NCBI GenBank assembly: GCA_937989945.1
Contig: CALKIG010000047.1
Coordinates: 14,637-78,636, forward strand
Source of the DNA: an uncultured Actinomycetes bacterium
GTDB lineage: Bacteria; Actinomycetota; Acidimicrobiia; Spongiisociales; ZC4RG35
Direction of reading: 5' to 3'
Length of the DNA stretch: 64,000 nucleotides
The notes beneath the pieces are model-generated. The model was not told where the DNA came from, searched no databases, and saw only the letters and a list, made by a program, of their open reading frames with translations. This document shows positions 27,170-37,109 of this stretch, one piece after another. Position numbers and translations under genes: made by a program. Every line of letters starts with the position of its first letter. Position 1 is the first letter of the stretch.

Positions 27170-27934
27170 TCAGACGCAGAGCCCGTCGTCGTCGACGCCG
27201 CGGACCGGCTGGCACAGCGCGGTCATCTCCACGGTTCGTAAGCTGAAGCCCCCAGTGGTCGGCTCGCCGAAGATGTGCAGCCGGACCCCGGCGACCGAGT
27301 CGTCGCCTAGCCCGATCACGTCGTAGGTGATCTCGCCCAAGTCGCCGACGGTCTCGTCGACCACGACAACGATGTCCGAGGGCGGATCATCGGAGGCCGC
27401 CGCCGCAGCAACCTCGGCTCCCAGCTCTGTCATCGTCGCCGCTTCCAGGCTTCCCCCGAGCTGGTCGAGGATCGCAGCCGTCACGTCGGACGTGGCACCG
27501 ATAAATGCGAGGAACGAGAGATTGACCCACCCGACCGTGTCTTCGTAGACGACTTTCACCCACCAGGCTGGCAACGAGCGGGTCTCGCCGAGTGCGACGA
27601 TCTCCTCGTATGTGGGTGGGATGCCGGCGAGGATTGGCTGGTCTGCTCCGGGTGCAGCTCTCAGGTTGAGCACGTCGTCGTGAGCGACACCGACTACGGC
27701 GAGGACGGCCCCCCGCTGAGGGCCTCCTTCGACCGGATTGCCCCGCAGCTCGGTGGTCGTGGTTGGCAGTGAGGTCGTCGTTGAAGTCGGTGGGATGGTC
27801 GTGGTCGTTTCTACGACCGAGGTGGTGGAACTCGAAGTTGATGTCGACGGGGCTGAGGTCTCCACTGCACAAGCGGCTGCGACCAAGGACAACATGATCA
27901 TCGCGATTGGAAGCCGGCCGAAGCGTCTTCTCAT
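27170..27934 (-). CDS. Secreted or lipoprotein with a Thr/Ser-rich linker and an SH3b-like domain.
   Basis: Signal peptide with a lipobox-like VAAAC, a TTTxxPT linker, and DVLNLRAAPG...WWVKVVYEDTVGWVNLSFL that resembles bacterial SH3. Confidence 0.55.
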   Translation of the reverse strand: MRRRFGRLPIAMIMLSLVAAACAVETSAPSTSTSSSTTSVVETTTTIPPTSTTTSLPTTTTELRGNPVEGGPQRGAVLAVVGVAHDDVLNLRAAPGADQPILAGIPPTYEEIVALGETRSLPAWWVKVVYEDTVGWVNLSFLAFIGATSDVTAAILDQLGGSLEAATMTELGAEVAAAAASDDPPSDIVVVVDETVGDLGEITYDVIGLGDDSVAGVRLHIFGEPTTGGFSLRTVEMTALCQPVRGVDDDGLCV

Positions 27935-28005
27935 GGAGTTCAGATTACGGGTCGAGATTTTTCCCGGAAAGGGCCAGAGGTCAGGTTCTCGCAGGATTTG
28001 CCTGG

Positions 28006-29736
28006 CTATTTGACGATCGCGATGACCTGGCCCGAGGCAACGGTGTCGCCAGGCTCGACGCGAAGATCCACGATTTCGCCACCTTCGGGTGTGGTGACCT
28101 CGTTCTCCATCTTCATCGCCTCGAGGACGCAGATGGCGTCACCGGCCTTCACCGACGCACCGGCCTTGACATGGACCTTGACAATCGTTCCTTGCATCGG
28201 AGCAGCGATCACCCCGTCGGCGCTGCCCGATGATCGGTTCTCGGAGAGTTGTGGTCGGCGCCTCTTGACAGTGCCGGCACCTGTCGTCTCCGGAGCCCAA
28301 TAGGCGACGGAAAAGCGGCGCCCTCCAACTTCTACGGTGATGTCCCTCCGGGTCTGAGCCTCCTCTTCGGGCAGCGCCGGCACCGACCCGATGTCGGTCT
28401 CCGGCACCTCCACGGTCTCTTCCATCCACTTGGTGTGGTGCTCTCCAGCGAGAAAGTCAGGGTGGTCGAGCACGGCCAGGTGAGCCGGGATCGTGGTGGC
28501 CACGCCTCGCACCTTGAACTCGCGGAGCGCCCGCTTGCCTCGGTTGATGGCTGCAGTGCGATCTGACCCCCAGACGACGAGCTTCGCCATCAGGTTGTCG
28601 TAATACTGACTGACTGCTGTCTCGGGCTTGATCCACGAGTCGACCCTCACTCCGGGGCCCGAGGGCTCGTCCCACTCGACGACCTGTCCCGGACTGGGCA
28701 GGTAGTTGTTGTAAGGGTCCTCGGCGTTGATGCGGAACTCGATGGCATGGCCACGCGGCTGTACCTCTCCGATGCTCAACTCTTCCCCTCGAGCGATTCG
28801 GAGCTGCCATTCCACGAGGTCGATGCCCGTGACCATCTCTGTGACCGTGTGCTCGACTTGCAACCTCGTGTTCATCTCGAGGAAGTAGAAGTCGCCGTTC
28901 TTGTCCATGAGGAACTCGACGGTGCCTGCGTTCACGTACTCACATGAGCGCCCAGCGGCGAGGGCGGCCTTTCCGAGGGCCTTGCGTTGCTTCTCCGTCA
29001 TCCCCGGTGATGGCGTCTCCTCGATGAGCTTCTGGTGCCGGCGCTGCACCGAGCAGTCTCGCTCTCCGAGGAACACGCCTTTGCCGTGGGTGTCGAAGAG
29101 GATCTGGCCCTCGACATGGCGGGGCTTCTCGAGATACTTCTCGACGTAGACCTCGGGGTTACCGAAGTACGCGTCCGCTTCGCGGCGAGCTCCTTCGAAG
29201 CCGTCCTCCACGCCGGCTTCGTCTTTCACCACGCGGAGGCCTTTGCCGCCGCCGCCGTGGGCTGCCTTGATTGCGACCGGGTACCCGAACTCAGCGGCGA
29301 GCTTGCGAACCTCCTCGACGCTCGTCACCGGCTCGGTGATCCCGGGCACTGTGGGTACCCCGAATGCCTCTGCGTTGCGCCTGGACGTGATCTTGTCGCC
29401 CATCGCCTCGATCGCCGAAGCGGGGGGCCCTACCCAAATGAGGCCCGCGTCGGCGACGGCTTGGGCAAATTTCGCGTTCTCAGACAGGAATCCATATCCG
29501 GGATGCACTGCCTCTGCCCCAGACTCGTGGGCGATCTGGAGGATCCGAGATTGATTGAGATAACTCTCCGAGGCCGGGGCAGCGCCCGCATTCCAGGCCT
29601 CGTCGGCGAGCTTCACATGTAGGGCATCTCGGTCGAGCTCGGAGTAGATCGCGATGGCCCGCATCCCCATCTCCTGGATGGTGCGGATGACGCGCACGGC
29701 GATTTCCCCCCGATTTGCGACGAGAACGGATTTCAT
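28006..29736 (-). CDS. accA: Acyl-CoA carboxylase alpha subunit (biotin carboxylase plus biotin carboxyl carrier domain).
   Basis: Biotin carboxylase N-terminus MKSVLVANRGEIAVRVIRT and a C-terminal biotinyl-Lys motif EAMKME. The start is taken at 29736 rather than 29763. Confidence 0.9.
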   Translation of the reverse strand: MKSVLVANRGEIAVRVIRTIQEMGMRAIAIYSELDRDALHVKLADEAWNAGAAPASESYLNQSRILQIAHESGAEAVHPGYGFLSENAKFAQAVADAGLIWVGPPASAIEAMGDKITSRRNAEAFGVPTVPGITEPVTSVEEVRKLAAEFGYPVAIKAAHGGGGKGLRVVKDEAGVEDGFEGARREADAYFGNPEVYVEKYLEKPRHVEGQILFDTHGKGVFLGERDCSVQRRHQKLIEETPSPGMTEKQRKALGKAALAAGRSCEYVNAGTVEFLMDKNGDFYFLEMNTRLQVEHTVTEMVTGIDLVEWQLRIARGEELSIGEVQPRGHAIEFRINAEDPYNNYLPSPGQVVEWDEPSGPGVRVDSWIKPETAVSQYYDNLMAKLVVWGSDRTAAINRGKRALREFKVRGVATTIPAHLAVLDHPDFLAGEHHTKWMEETVEVPETDIGSVPALPEEEAQTRRDITVEVGGRRFSVAYWAPETTGAGTVKRRRPQLSENRSSGSADGVIAAPMQGTIVKVHVKAGASVKAGDAICVLEAMKMENEVTTPEGGEIVDLRVEPGDTVASGQVIAIVK

Positions 29737-29743
29737 CCGACGC

Positions 29744-31294
29744 TCATTGGGGGCCATTCCCATGCTTCTTGGGCGGGAGGGATTCCCGCTTGGTCCTCAG
29801 AACGTTCATCGCCTTGATCAATTTGGCTCTCGTCTCCCTTGGTTCAATCACCTCGTCGACGAGCCCGAGCTCTGAAGCGACGTAAGGGTTGTTGAATCTA
29901 GTCTCGTAGTCCGCAACCAACTCTGTCCGCTTGGCATCGGGATCCTCGGCGTCGGCCAACTCTCTTCGGTGGATGATGTTGACCGCGCCCTGTGCGCCCA
30001 TGACCGCGATCTCTGCGGACGGCCATGCATAGACGAGGTCGGCCCGGATACCTCGAGCATTCATGACGAGGTAGGCCCCACCGTAGGCCTTCCGCGTTAT
30101 CACCGAGATTCGAGGGACGGTGGCCTCGCAGTACGCATACAGCAGCTTGGCTCCGTGCCGGATGATGCCGCCATGCTCCTGATCGACTCCCGGTAGAAAG
30201 CCGGGGACGTCTACGAAAGTGAGCAGTGGGATGTTGAAAGCGTCACAGAATCGCACGAAGCGCGCCGCTTTCTCAGATGCGGAGATGTCCAAGGTTCCAG
30301 CAAGCACGGCCGGCTGGTTGGCCACCAGTCCCACCGTGTGACCATCGAGGCGACCAAATCCGACGATGATGTTCTTCGCCCAATGCTCATGCACCTCGTA
30401 GAACTCGCCGTCATCGAGGATCGTCTCTAAGACCTCGAGCATGTCATAAGGCTGGTTTGACGAGTCAGGGATGATTCGGTCGAGGGAGTCGTCTATGCGG
30501 TCGGGGCGATCGGTGGGGGTGAAATAGGGCGGTGTCTCCTGGTTGTTCTGGGGCAGGTAGGAGAGCAGATAACGCGCCGCATCGAGAGCGTCTTCGCCGG
30601 TGGGGTATACGAAATGGGTCACGCCCGACTTGGAAGCGTGGGCGTAGGCGCCACCAAGATCCTCCATGGTCACCTCCTCGCCGGTCACTGTCTTGATGAC
30701 GTCGGGCCCGGTGATGAACATGTGGCTGGTCTCTTCGACCTGGAAGACGAAGTCGGTGAGAGCCGGTGAGTAAACCGCCCCGCCGGCGCAGGGCCCCATG
30801 ATCAGTGAGATCTGGGGGATGACGCCTGACGCCCTCACGTTCCTCTCGAAGATGCGGCCATAGCCATCGAGCGCGCTGACTCCTTCCTGGATCCTGGCGC
30901 CGCCGGAGTCTTTGATTCCGATGACCGGTGTGCCTGTATCGAGGGCCATGTCGAGGACTTTGCAGATCTTGTCCGCGACGACCTTCCCGAGACTTCCGCC
31001 GAACACCGTGAAGTCCTCGGCGAATATGAAGACCGGTCTCCCATCGATCGTGCCGTGGCCTGTGATCACTGCGTCGCCAAGCGGTCGCTTCGACTCGATC
31101 CCGAATCCTTGAGACTGATGGCGGACGAACTGATCGATCTCCTGGAAGGAGTCCTTGTCGAGCAAAGCCTCGACGCGCTCGCGTGCCGTTAGCTTCCCCT
31201 GTTCGTGCTGCCTGGCGATCGCACGCTGTGAGCCTGCGTGGAGGGCTTCGTCCCTCAGCTCTCTGAGTTGTTCGATGCGCGCCTCAGTGCCCAC
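29744..31294 (-). CDS. pccB: Acyl-CoA carboxylase carboxyltransferase (beta) subunit, propionyl-CoA carboxylase-like.
   Basis: Carboxyltransferase N- and C-terminal domains. It sits upstream of the alpha subunit in the same operon. Confidence 0.9.
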   Translation of the reverse strand: MGTEARIEQLRELRDEALHAGSQRAIARQHEQGKLTARERVEALLDKDSFQEIDQFVRHQSQGFGIESKRPLGDAVITGHGTIDGRPVFIFAEDFTVFGGSLGKVVADKICKVLDMALDTGTPVIGIKDSGGARIQEGVSALDGYGRIFERNVRASGVIPQISLIMGPCAGGAVYSPALTDFVFQVEETSHMFITGPDVIKTVTGEEVTMEDLGGAYAHASKSGVTHFVYPTGEDALDAARYLLSYLPQNNQETPPYFTPTDRPDRIDDSLDRIIPDSSNQPYDMLEVLETILDDGEFYEVHEHWAKNIIVGFGRLDGHTVGLVANQPAVLAGTLDISASEKAARFVRFCDAFNIPLLTFVDVPGFLPGVDQEHGGIIRHGAKLLYAYCEATVPRISVITRKAYGGAYLVMNARGIRADLVYAWPSAEIAVMGAQGAVNIIHRRELADAEDPDAKRTELVADYETRFNNPYVASELGLVDEVIEPRETRAKLIKAMNVLRTKRESLPPKKHGNGPQ

Positions 31295-31334
31295 GACTCC
31301 TCCGTATCCTTATTCAGACTTCGCAAAGGTCAAT

Positions 31335-31991
31335 ATGGCTACACCCTATTTCCAGTTCTTCACGGGCGAGGTCCCATCTACCCAAGATTTCGCACGTGAA
31401 CACCTCGACGGCTTGCCCGTCGTCGTGGTCGCGCCGGGTCAAAGTGAGGGCAGGGGTCGGACGGGTACGAGATGGGAGAACGCCGACGAGTCTCTTGCGG
31501 TCTCTGTGGCATGGCGGCCGGACGACTCCGATCGCCGGCCTTTCTCTCTGATCGCCGGTGTTGCCGCGGTTCGCGTTCTGGGCAGCGACCTCGATCTCAA
31601 ATGGCCGAACGACGTGATGATGGACGACCTCAAGGTTGGTGGAATACTCGTGGAGCGAAGTCATGGCGTGGCGGCAGCGGGACTCGGCCTCAACCTGTAT
31701 TGGGCTGATCCTCCGGCCGGGGCGTCAGGAATCTCGCCGAACCCCCGGTTCTTCTCCCACCGGGTGCTTGGCGCTCGGTGGGCCGCCGAGTTCCTCCGCC
31801 TGGTCGACGATGAGGGTTGGCCGATAGAGGAGTATCGCGAGATGTGCACCACGCTGGGCAGGACCGTCGTCTGGGAGCCGAATGGCTCCGGAATCGCAGC
31901 CGGGATCAACGATCAGGGCGCGCTGCTGGTGAAGACGACGGCTGGAGTAGAGGAGGTCCACGCCGGTGCTGTCCGACATGTGAGGGGTTGA
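31335..31991 (+). CDS. birA: Biotin-protein ligase of the class I type (no N-terminal DNA-binding domain).
   Basis: BPL catalytic motif (GQSEGRGRTGTRWEN...KWPNDVMMDDLKVGGILVE). The start is chosen at MATPYF (31335), because the ORF-track start 31155 overlaps pccB. Confidence 0.8.
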   Translation: MATPYFQFFTGEVPSTQDFAREHLDGLPVVVVAPGQSEGRGRTGTRWENADESLAVSVAWRPDDSDRRPFSLIAGVAAVRVLGSDLDLKWPNDVMMDDLKVGGILVERSHGVAAAGLGLNLYWADPPAGASGISPNPRFFSHRVLGARWAAEFLRLVDDEGWPIEEYREMCTTLGRTVVWEPNGSGIAAGINDQGALLVKTTAGVEEVHAGAVRHVRG

Positions 31992-32020
31992 CCCCGTCGA
32001 GGTCGGTCAGTCGAGGCCGG

Positions 32021-32833
32021 TCAGCCGAGGTCGATGTCGTCGGCTTTGGGGAGCGTTGCCTGAAAGAAGGCGAGGAACCGTGCCCACGCGTCGTCCGCCG
32101 ACGCAGCGTCGTAGTTCTCGTCTTCGATGTCGAGAAACCCGTGGCCGGCTCCTTCGTAGAGGAGCCATTGGCCATGCTCGTTCCGGCGTTGGGCTTCGTC
32201 GACCGAGGTCGCCTCGATGAGATCGTCGTCGGCCCCATATACCCCGAGCACCGGAATCGGGAGGTTTCCCAGAGAGTCGGCCACCTGGAACTCGCGATGC
32301 TCGTCTCCAGTCAACGGGCAGTAGGCCACAGCAACCGCCTTGACCCAATCTCGCCTAGCACCGGCCATCAGGGCGAATCTCCCTCCGACATCGATCCCGA
32401 TCAGTCCGACACCCCCGGGTTTGGCCCAGTCGACATCGTCACTGACGATGAACTCGTGGACCTCGTCGAGATCGGTGAGCGCGCGACGATCGCTCAACTG
32501 CTCGTACGCCTCGAGGGGGGTGGCACCTGAGCGGTAGAAGTCGACCGCTATCCCAGCAATGCCGTGTCGCGCCAAACGGCGGCACAGATCCTTCTCGAAG
32601 CTCGTCAAGCCGTCGAGCGAGGGCAAGACGAGCACGACGGGGAACTTGCCCGCCTTGTCCGGGCGCGAGATGTAGCCCTTGCGGTGGCCGGCACCAATCG
32701 GTAACGGCCACGTGCCGTAGAGAATGGGATACGTGCCCTCATGAGAGAGAACAGCCAAGTAAACCTCCAAGAACGGTCGGGGCGTGATCGAGAGGATAAC
32801 CAGACACATGCGATTGACCTCTCTTAGATCCAC
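32021..32833 (-). CDS. Dienelactone hydrolase-family alpha/beta hydrolase.
   Basis: DLH-like layout (PVVLVLPSLDGLTS...GIDVGGRFAL...GAGHGF). Confidence 0.65.
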   Translation of the reverse strand: MDLREVNRMCLVILSITPRPFLEVYLAVLSHEGTYPILYGTWPLPIGAGHRKGYISRPDKAGKFPVVLVLPSLDGLTSFEKDLCRRLARHGIAGIAVDFYRSGATPLEAYEQLSDRRALTDLDEVHEFIVSDDVDWAKPGGVGLIGIDVGGRFALMAGARRDWVKAVAVAYCPLTGDEHREFQVADSLGNLPIPVLGVYGADDDLIEATSVDEAQRRNEHGQWLLYEGAGHGFLDIEDENYDAASADDAWARFLAFFQATLPKADDIDLG

Positions 32834-32890
32834 CGTTCTGGGAAACTGTCGGTCGGCGGGAACCTCACACGCCTCTCACGCGTCGGATCA

Positions 32891-34141
32891 ATGATGTCCA
32901 CTCAAGAAACTCAGCCAAAGCGCGGCCTGCCCCGCTGGTTCAAAGCTCTGACCATCACGCTCTTGGTCCTGGCCAATATCGCCGTTCTCGGGCTTCTCTG
33001 GATCTTCAACGTGGGCCAGGGCGCTCTTGCGGAGGCCGATCGGGACGACGAAGTGACGGATGTGCTCGACCAATCGACTGGCGATCTGACTTTTCTCGTC
33101 ATCGGAAGTGACACTCGCGAAGGTCTCGAGGATCTCAAGAATTTCGGCAGCGCCGGCGGTGAGCGAGGCGACGTGATCATGCTCGTCAAGGCGAACCGCG
33201 ATGGCTCGATGCAAATGCTGAGCATCCCACGCGATCTGTGGGTTGATATCCCCGGTCGAGGCAAAGACAAGATCAACGCGGCCTACGCCTATGGCGGGTC
33301 GACGCTGATGGTGCAGACGATCAAGCAGAATCTGGGCCTGGAGATCAATCATTACGTCGAGGTCGACTTCGTTGGGTTCATGGAGATGATCGACGAGATC
33401 GGCGGCATCGAGATGTACTTCCCGTATGCGGCGCGCGACTCTTCGTCGGGACTCAACGTCGAGGCCGGGGAGCAGGTGCTCGATGGTGAGACCGCGCTCG
33501 CCTACGCCAGGTCGAGGAAGTACCAGGAGTATCAAAACGGATCATGGGTCAGCGTCGATGCTGATGACATCGGGAGGACTCAGCGTCAGCAGGAAGTCGT
33601 CAGGGCCATCATGAGCGCTCTGAAAACCCCTGGGTCGATCACAGAGGCCGGCGACATAGCTAACTCCCTGGCCCGCCATATGACGATCGACGGGTTCCTG
33701 GCTGAGGCATCCGTCGCTCAACTGGCCTGGGACTTCAGGGGGATCATCGGCGGAAACATCGACGGGGCGACTCTTCCCGTTGTCGGAGGCACCGAGGGGG
33801 GCGCGTCCGTCGTGTACCGGAACGACCCCGCCGCGGCCACCATGATTCAGAACTTCAACACCGGTCAGCCGCTAGCCCAGGAAGCGGTCAGAGTCCAGGT
33901 TCTCAACGGGAACGGCATCCCTGGAGCCGCAGCCGACATGGCGCAGGAGTTGGAGTCCCTGGGGTTCGTGGTCGTTTCCCTGGGGGATGCCGACCAGAGT
34001 TATGCCACGACCACGGTGCTCGTCGGGGATCCCGATGCCGGTTCATTGATCGTGTCACAGCTCGGATTCGGTGAAGTCGTAGCCGGATCTGTCGATAACA
34101 GTGTGGACGCAGTAGTGATCGTCGGGGGCGACGCCGCCTAA
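32891..34141 (+). CDS. LytR-CpsA-Psr (LCP) family cell-wall glycopolymer ligase with a C-terminal LytR_C domain.
   Basis: N-terminal TM anchor, LCP core (LVIGSDTREG...DVIMLVKANRDGSMQMLSIPRDLWVDIPG) and a C-terminal LytR_C-like domain. Confidence 0.85.
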   Translation: MMSTQETQPKRGLPRWFKALTITLLVLANIAVLGLLWIFNVGQGALAEADRDDEVTDVLDQSTGDLTFLVIGSDTREGLEDLKNFGSAGGERGDVIMLVKANRDGSMQMLSIPRDLWVDIPGRGKDKINAAYAYGGSTLMVQTIKQNLGLEINHYVEVDFVGFMEMIDEIGGIEMYFPYAARDSSSGLNVEAGEQVLDGETALAYARSRKYQEYQNGSWVSVDADDIGRTQRQQEVVRAIMSALKTPGSITEAGDIANSLARHMTIDGFLAEASVAQLAWDFRGIIGGNIDGATLPVVGGTEGGASVVYRNDPAAATMIQNFNTGQPLAQEAVRVQVLNGNGIPGAAADMAQELESLGFVVVSLGDADQSYATTTVLVGDPDAGSLIVSQLGFGEVVAGSVDNSVDAVVIVGGDAA

Positions 34142-34175
34142 CCTGAAGCTCCAACCTGCTGCGTCGAGAGGGGTT

Positions 34176-35450
34176 ATGAACGTATCGATAATCGGCGCCG
34201 GCTACGTAGGGCTGGTGACAGCCGCCGGTCTGGCGCGGCTCGGGCATCGCATCCGTTTGGGTGAGGCGAACGCGAACCGCGTGGCTCAGCTGAGCAGTGG
34301 CGAAGTGCCGATCTACGAGGAGGGATTGGAGGAGCTGCTCTCCGAAGCGCGCTCCAAGGAGATGATCACCTTCCATTCCTCGAACGTCGAGGCCGTTGAA
34401 GAGTCCGAGCTCGTTTTCCTCTGCCTCCCCACACCTGAGGGCGAGGACGGCCGGGCTGACCTGACCTTCGTGCTGACGGTCGTCGATGAGCTCGCGGGCG
34501 AAGTTGCGGATGACACTCTCTTTGTCGTGAAGTCGACCGTGCCACCTGGCACCGTGGCCACGTTGCGCAAGCGGTTGGCCGACCTCGGTAGCGCTGCTCG
34601 GGTTGCCTCCCATCCAGAGTTCTTACGCGAAGGCAGGGCCGTCCGTGACTTCATGGAGCCCGATCGGATCGTCGTTGGAGCTTGGGATCCCGACGACGCC
34701 GAGAAGGTCGCGTCGCTGTACGAAGCACTGGGTACCAAGGTGATCAAGACCGACCCGACATCGGCTGAGATGATCAAGTACGCAAACAATGCCTACCTGG
34801 CTGCTCGTCTCACCTTCGTCAATACGTTGGCGAACGTCTGCGAGGCAGTTGGCGCGGACATCATGGACGTGATTGACGGTATCGGCAGCGACCACCGCAT
34901 CGGGCCGCACTTCCTTCAACCTGGCCCGGGCTATGGCGGCTCTTGCTTCCCCAAGGACACTTCGGCGTTGATTGGGGTGGCCGAAGACGCCGGATACGAC
35001 TTCCAGCTCCTGCGAGCTGTCATCGCCGCCGATGACGAGCAGAGGCGCAGAGTCGCCGAGAAGGTCCGTCTCGCCGCCGGCGGTGGCCTACGCGGGCGAA
35101 AGGTCGCCATGTGGGGTATCGCGTTCAAGGCCGGCACCGACGATGTGCGGGAGTCGCCGGCGCTACGCATCGCAGCATTGCTGCAGCGCGACGGGGCCGA
35201 GGTCGTGGCATACGACCCGGAGGCGAATTCTCCTGCGGTCGCCAACGCCGACTCTGCACTCGAGGCCGTGGATGGCGCCGACGTGCTCCTCGTCGCCACC
35301 GAGTGGCCCGAGTTTGGGGAGGTCGACCTCGAACAGGTCTCCAGACGGATGAGAGGTCACCGGGTGGTCGACGCACGCAACCTCCTGGACCCCAAGCGTG
35401 TCCGCCAGGTCGGACTCGACTATTGGGGGCTGGGTCGGCCCGGAGTCTGA
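34176..35450 (+). CDS. ugd: UDP-glucose 6-dehydrogenase.
   Basis: N-terminal NAD fold IIGAGYVGLVTAAGLA and a catalytic region GGSCFPKD. Confidence 0.85.
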   Translation: MNVSIIGAGYVGLVTAAGLARLGHRIRLGEANANRVAQLSSGEVPIYEEGLEELLSEARSKEMITFHSSNVEAVEESELVFLCLPTPEGEDGRADLTFVLTVVDELAGEVADDTLFVVKSTVPPGTVATLRKRLADLGSAARVASHPEFLREGRAVRDFMEPDRIVVGAWDPDDAEKVASLYEALGTKVIKTDPTSAEMIKYANNAYLAARLTFVNTLANVCEAVGADIMDVIDGIGSDHRIGPHFLQPGPGYGGSCFPKDTSALIGVAEDAGYDFQLLRAVIAADDEQRRRVAEKVRLAAGGGLRGRKVAMWGIAFKAGTDDVRESPALRIAALLQRDGAEVVAYDPEANSPAVANADSALEAVDGADVLLVATEWPEFGEVDLEQVSRRMRGHRVVDARNLLDPKRVRQVGLDYWGLGRPGV

Positions 35451-35466
35451 CCCAGGAATCGACGCC

Positions 35467-36165
35467 TCAGCGGAAGAGGTCCTCGTCGACAGGCCGGACT
35501 AGCTCGCTTGCCGTACCTTCACCGGGCTCGAAGTCGTAGCCGCGTACGAGCGCGGCAGGTATGCCGCTTGCTTTGCCCATCACGAGATCTGCGGCGCTCG
35601 CCAGCTCATCGACGACAGCTATCTCGGTGACGTCGAGCTGATACCCGCTCCAGTCCCTGGTCCCTTTCAAGTCCTGGATCGGCCTGATGCCGGCCACGCC
35701 GATCGCGACGTCGGTCAGCCCGCGGCGCCAGGGTCGGCCGAATGTGTCGGAGATGATCACGGCCAGATTGCATCCGAATTCATGGTCGAGGCGACCCTTC
35801 AGCCTTCTTGCCGAGCGATCGGGATCCTCGGGGAGGAGGATCATGGTGCCCGACTGCGCGTTGGAACGATCCACGCCGGCATTGGCGCAAATGAAGCCGT
35901 GTCTTGTCTCGGCAATGATCAGGTCACCCCTTCTCCGCACGATCGAGACTGCCTCTGACTCGACGAGCTTCTCCTTGAAGGCCTCAGGATCTCCCTCGAT
36001 CTCGACAACGCGGCCTTCGGCTTTGGAGATGACTTTGTGCGTCACGACCAGCACATCGCCGGTTCTGGGCTGCAATGGTCTCAGGGCGTCGGCCACCATC
36101 GACAGCAGGTCGTCACCAGGCTCGATGGCGCCGAGCCCTGCCACCGGATGCACTTCGAGCGTCAT
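35467..36165 (-). CDS. cofE: Coenzyme F420-0:L-glutamate ligase (CofE domain only; no nitroreductase-like C-terminal domain).
   Basis: CofE motifs (VVTHKVISKAEGRVVE, ICANAGVD). It is coupled to cofD by an ATGA overlap. Confidence 0.75.
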   Translation of the reverse strand: MTLEVHPVAGLGAIEPGDDLLSMVADALRPLQPRTGDVLVVTHKVISKAEGRVVEIEGDPEAFKEKLVESEAVSIVRRRGDLIIAETRHGFICANAGVDRSNAQSGTMILLPEDPDRSARRLKGRLDHEFGCNLAVIISDTFGRPWRRGLTDVAIGVAGIRPIQDLKGTRDWSGYQLDVTEIAVVDELASAADLVMGKASGIPAALVRGYDFEPGEGTASELVRPVDEDLFR

Positions 36166-37067
36166 CCCCGGAGTATTTCCTCGCCGAGTCTTCGTGCCGC
36201 GGCCGCTTCGACGATGCGCGTGTCGTGCGGCTCAACCGCTACCGAGCCCGAGTGAGACGCAGGGTCGCCGGCATCGGCAACATCGATGATCAGTCGATCG
36301 ATCAGCCCCTCGTAGGCCTCGAGCACTCCGCGTGTGCCTGGGGATAGACCGAGCGAGCGCATGACCCTGTCGGCCGGGCCTTTCAGCGCCTTGCCTCCAA
36401 ACAGCGGACTGATGGCGACGACGTTCGGGTGGCGTCTCACCTCCTCCCTCACGCCCTGAACCGAGAGGATGGGCCAGATCGAGAGAGGTGGGTTGGAGGG
36501 TCCAATGATGACTGTATCGGCTTCCCTGATCGCTTCGACCACGCCCGGTGCGGGCGTCGCTGAGCCGGTGAACTCCAACCCTACGACGGTCTCGCGATGT
36601 TGGCGGATCACGAAGTAGTCCTGGAAGCTGAGCACTTCACCGGACTCGATCTGCACCAGCGTCCGCAGCGAATCATCAGTGACCGGGATGACAGCGCAGC
36701 CGATGCCGAGTCGGTCGACGATCTCGCTGGTGAATTTGCTCAGCGAGACTCCCGACCTCAGTGCCGCCGTGCGCAGGATGTTGATAGCCAGGTCCTTGTC
36801 TCCGAGCTGAAAGCGGTTATCCACGCCGAACCTCTCGAGCTCCGTATTGGTCACGAAGGAGTCGTCCGCCCTGCCCCAACCCTGTGTGCCTTCGAGGCCG
36901 GCCATCGTATAGACGACGGTGTCCAGATCCGGCGAGACGTGGAGACCGTGAATAACGTCATCGTCGCCAACATTGACGACAATGGTCAGGTCTATGCCCG
37001 GGATTTGGCTCAAACCCCTGGCCAGGCGGGCTCCTCCCACACCACCAGAAAGCTCGACGACTCTCAA
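36162..37067 (-). CDS. cofD: 2-phospho-L-lactate transferase (F420 biosynthesis, CofD/FbiA).
   Basis: N-terminal LSGGVGGARL motif and CofD family features. Confidence 0.85.
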   Translation of the reverse strand: MRVVELSGGVGGARLARGLSQIPGIDLTIVVNVGDDDVIHGLHVSPDLDTVVYTMAGLEGTQGWGRADDSFVTNTELERFGVDNRFQLGDKDLAINILRTAALRSGVSLSKFTSEIVDRLGIGCAVIPVTDDSLRTLVQIESGEVLSFQDYFVIRQHRETVVGLEFTGSATPAPGVVEAIREADTVIIGPSNPPLSIWPILSVQGVREEVRRHPNVVAISPLFGGKALKGPADRVMRSLGLSPGTRGVLEAYEGLIDRLIIDVADAGDPASHSGSVAVEPHDTRIVEAAAARRLGEEILRG

Positions 37068-37109
37068 GATGCTCCTTCGATATTGCTCAGCAAACCGCTC
37101 CGGTTAACA

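Noticed and set aside
31155-31334. Upstream extension of the birA ORF that overlaps the pccB 5' end.
   Set aside because: The extension lies antisense to pccB and carries no BPL sequence. The conserved BirA N-terminus starts at MATPYF (31335).
36597-37109. N-terminal extension of the GT2-membrane fusion ORF that overlaps cofD in antisense.
   Set aside because: It would overlap the cofD coding sequence by about 470 nt. The domain-bearing sequence begins at the internal Met (MTDRMTD, 37110), just after the cofD start.
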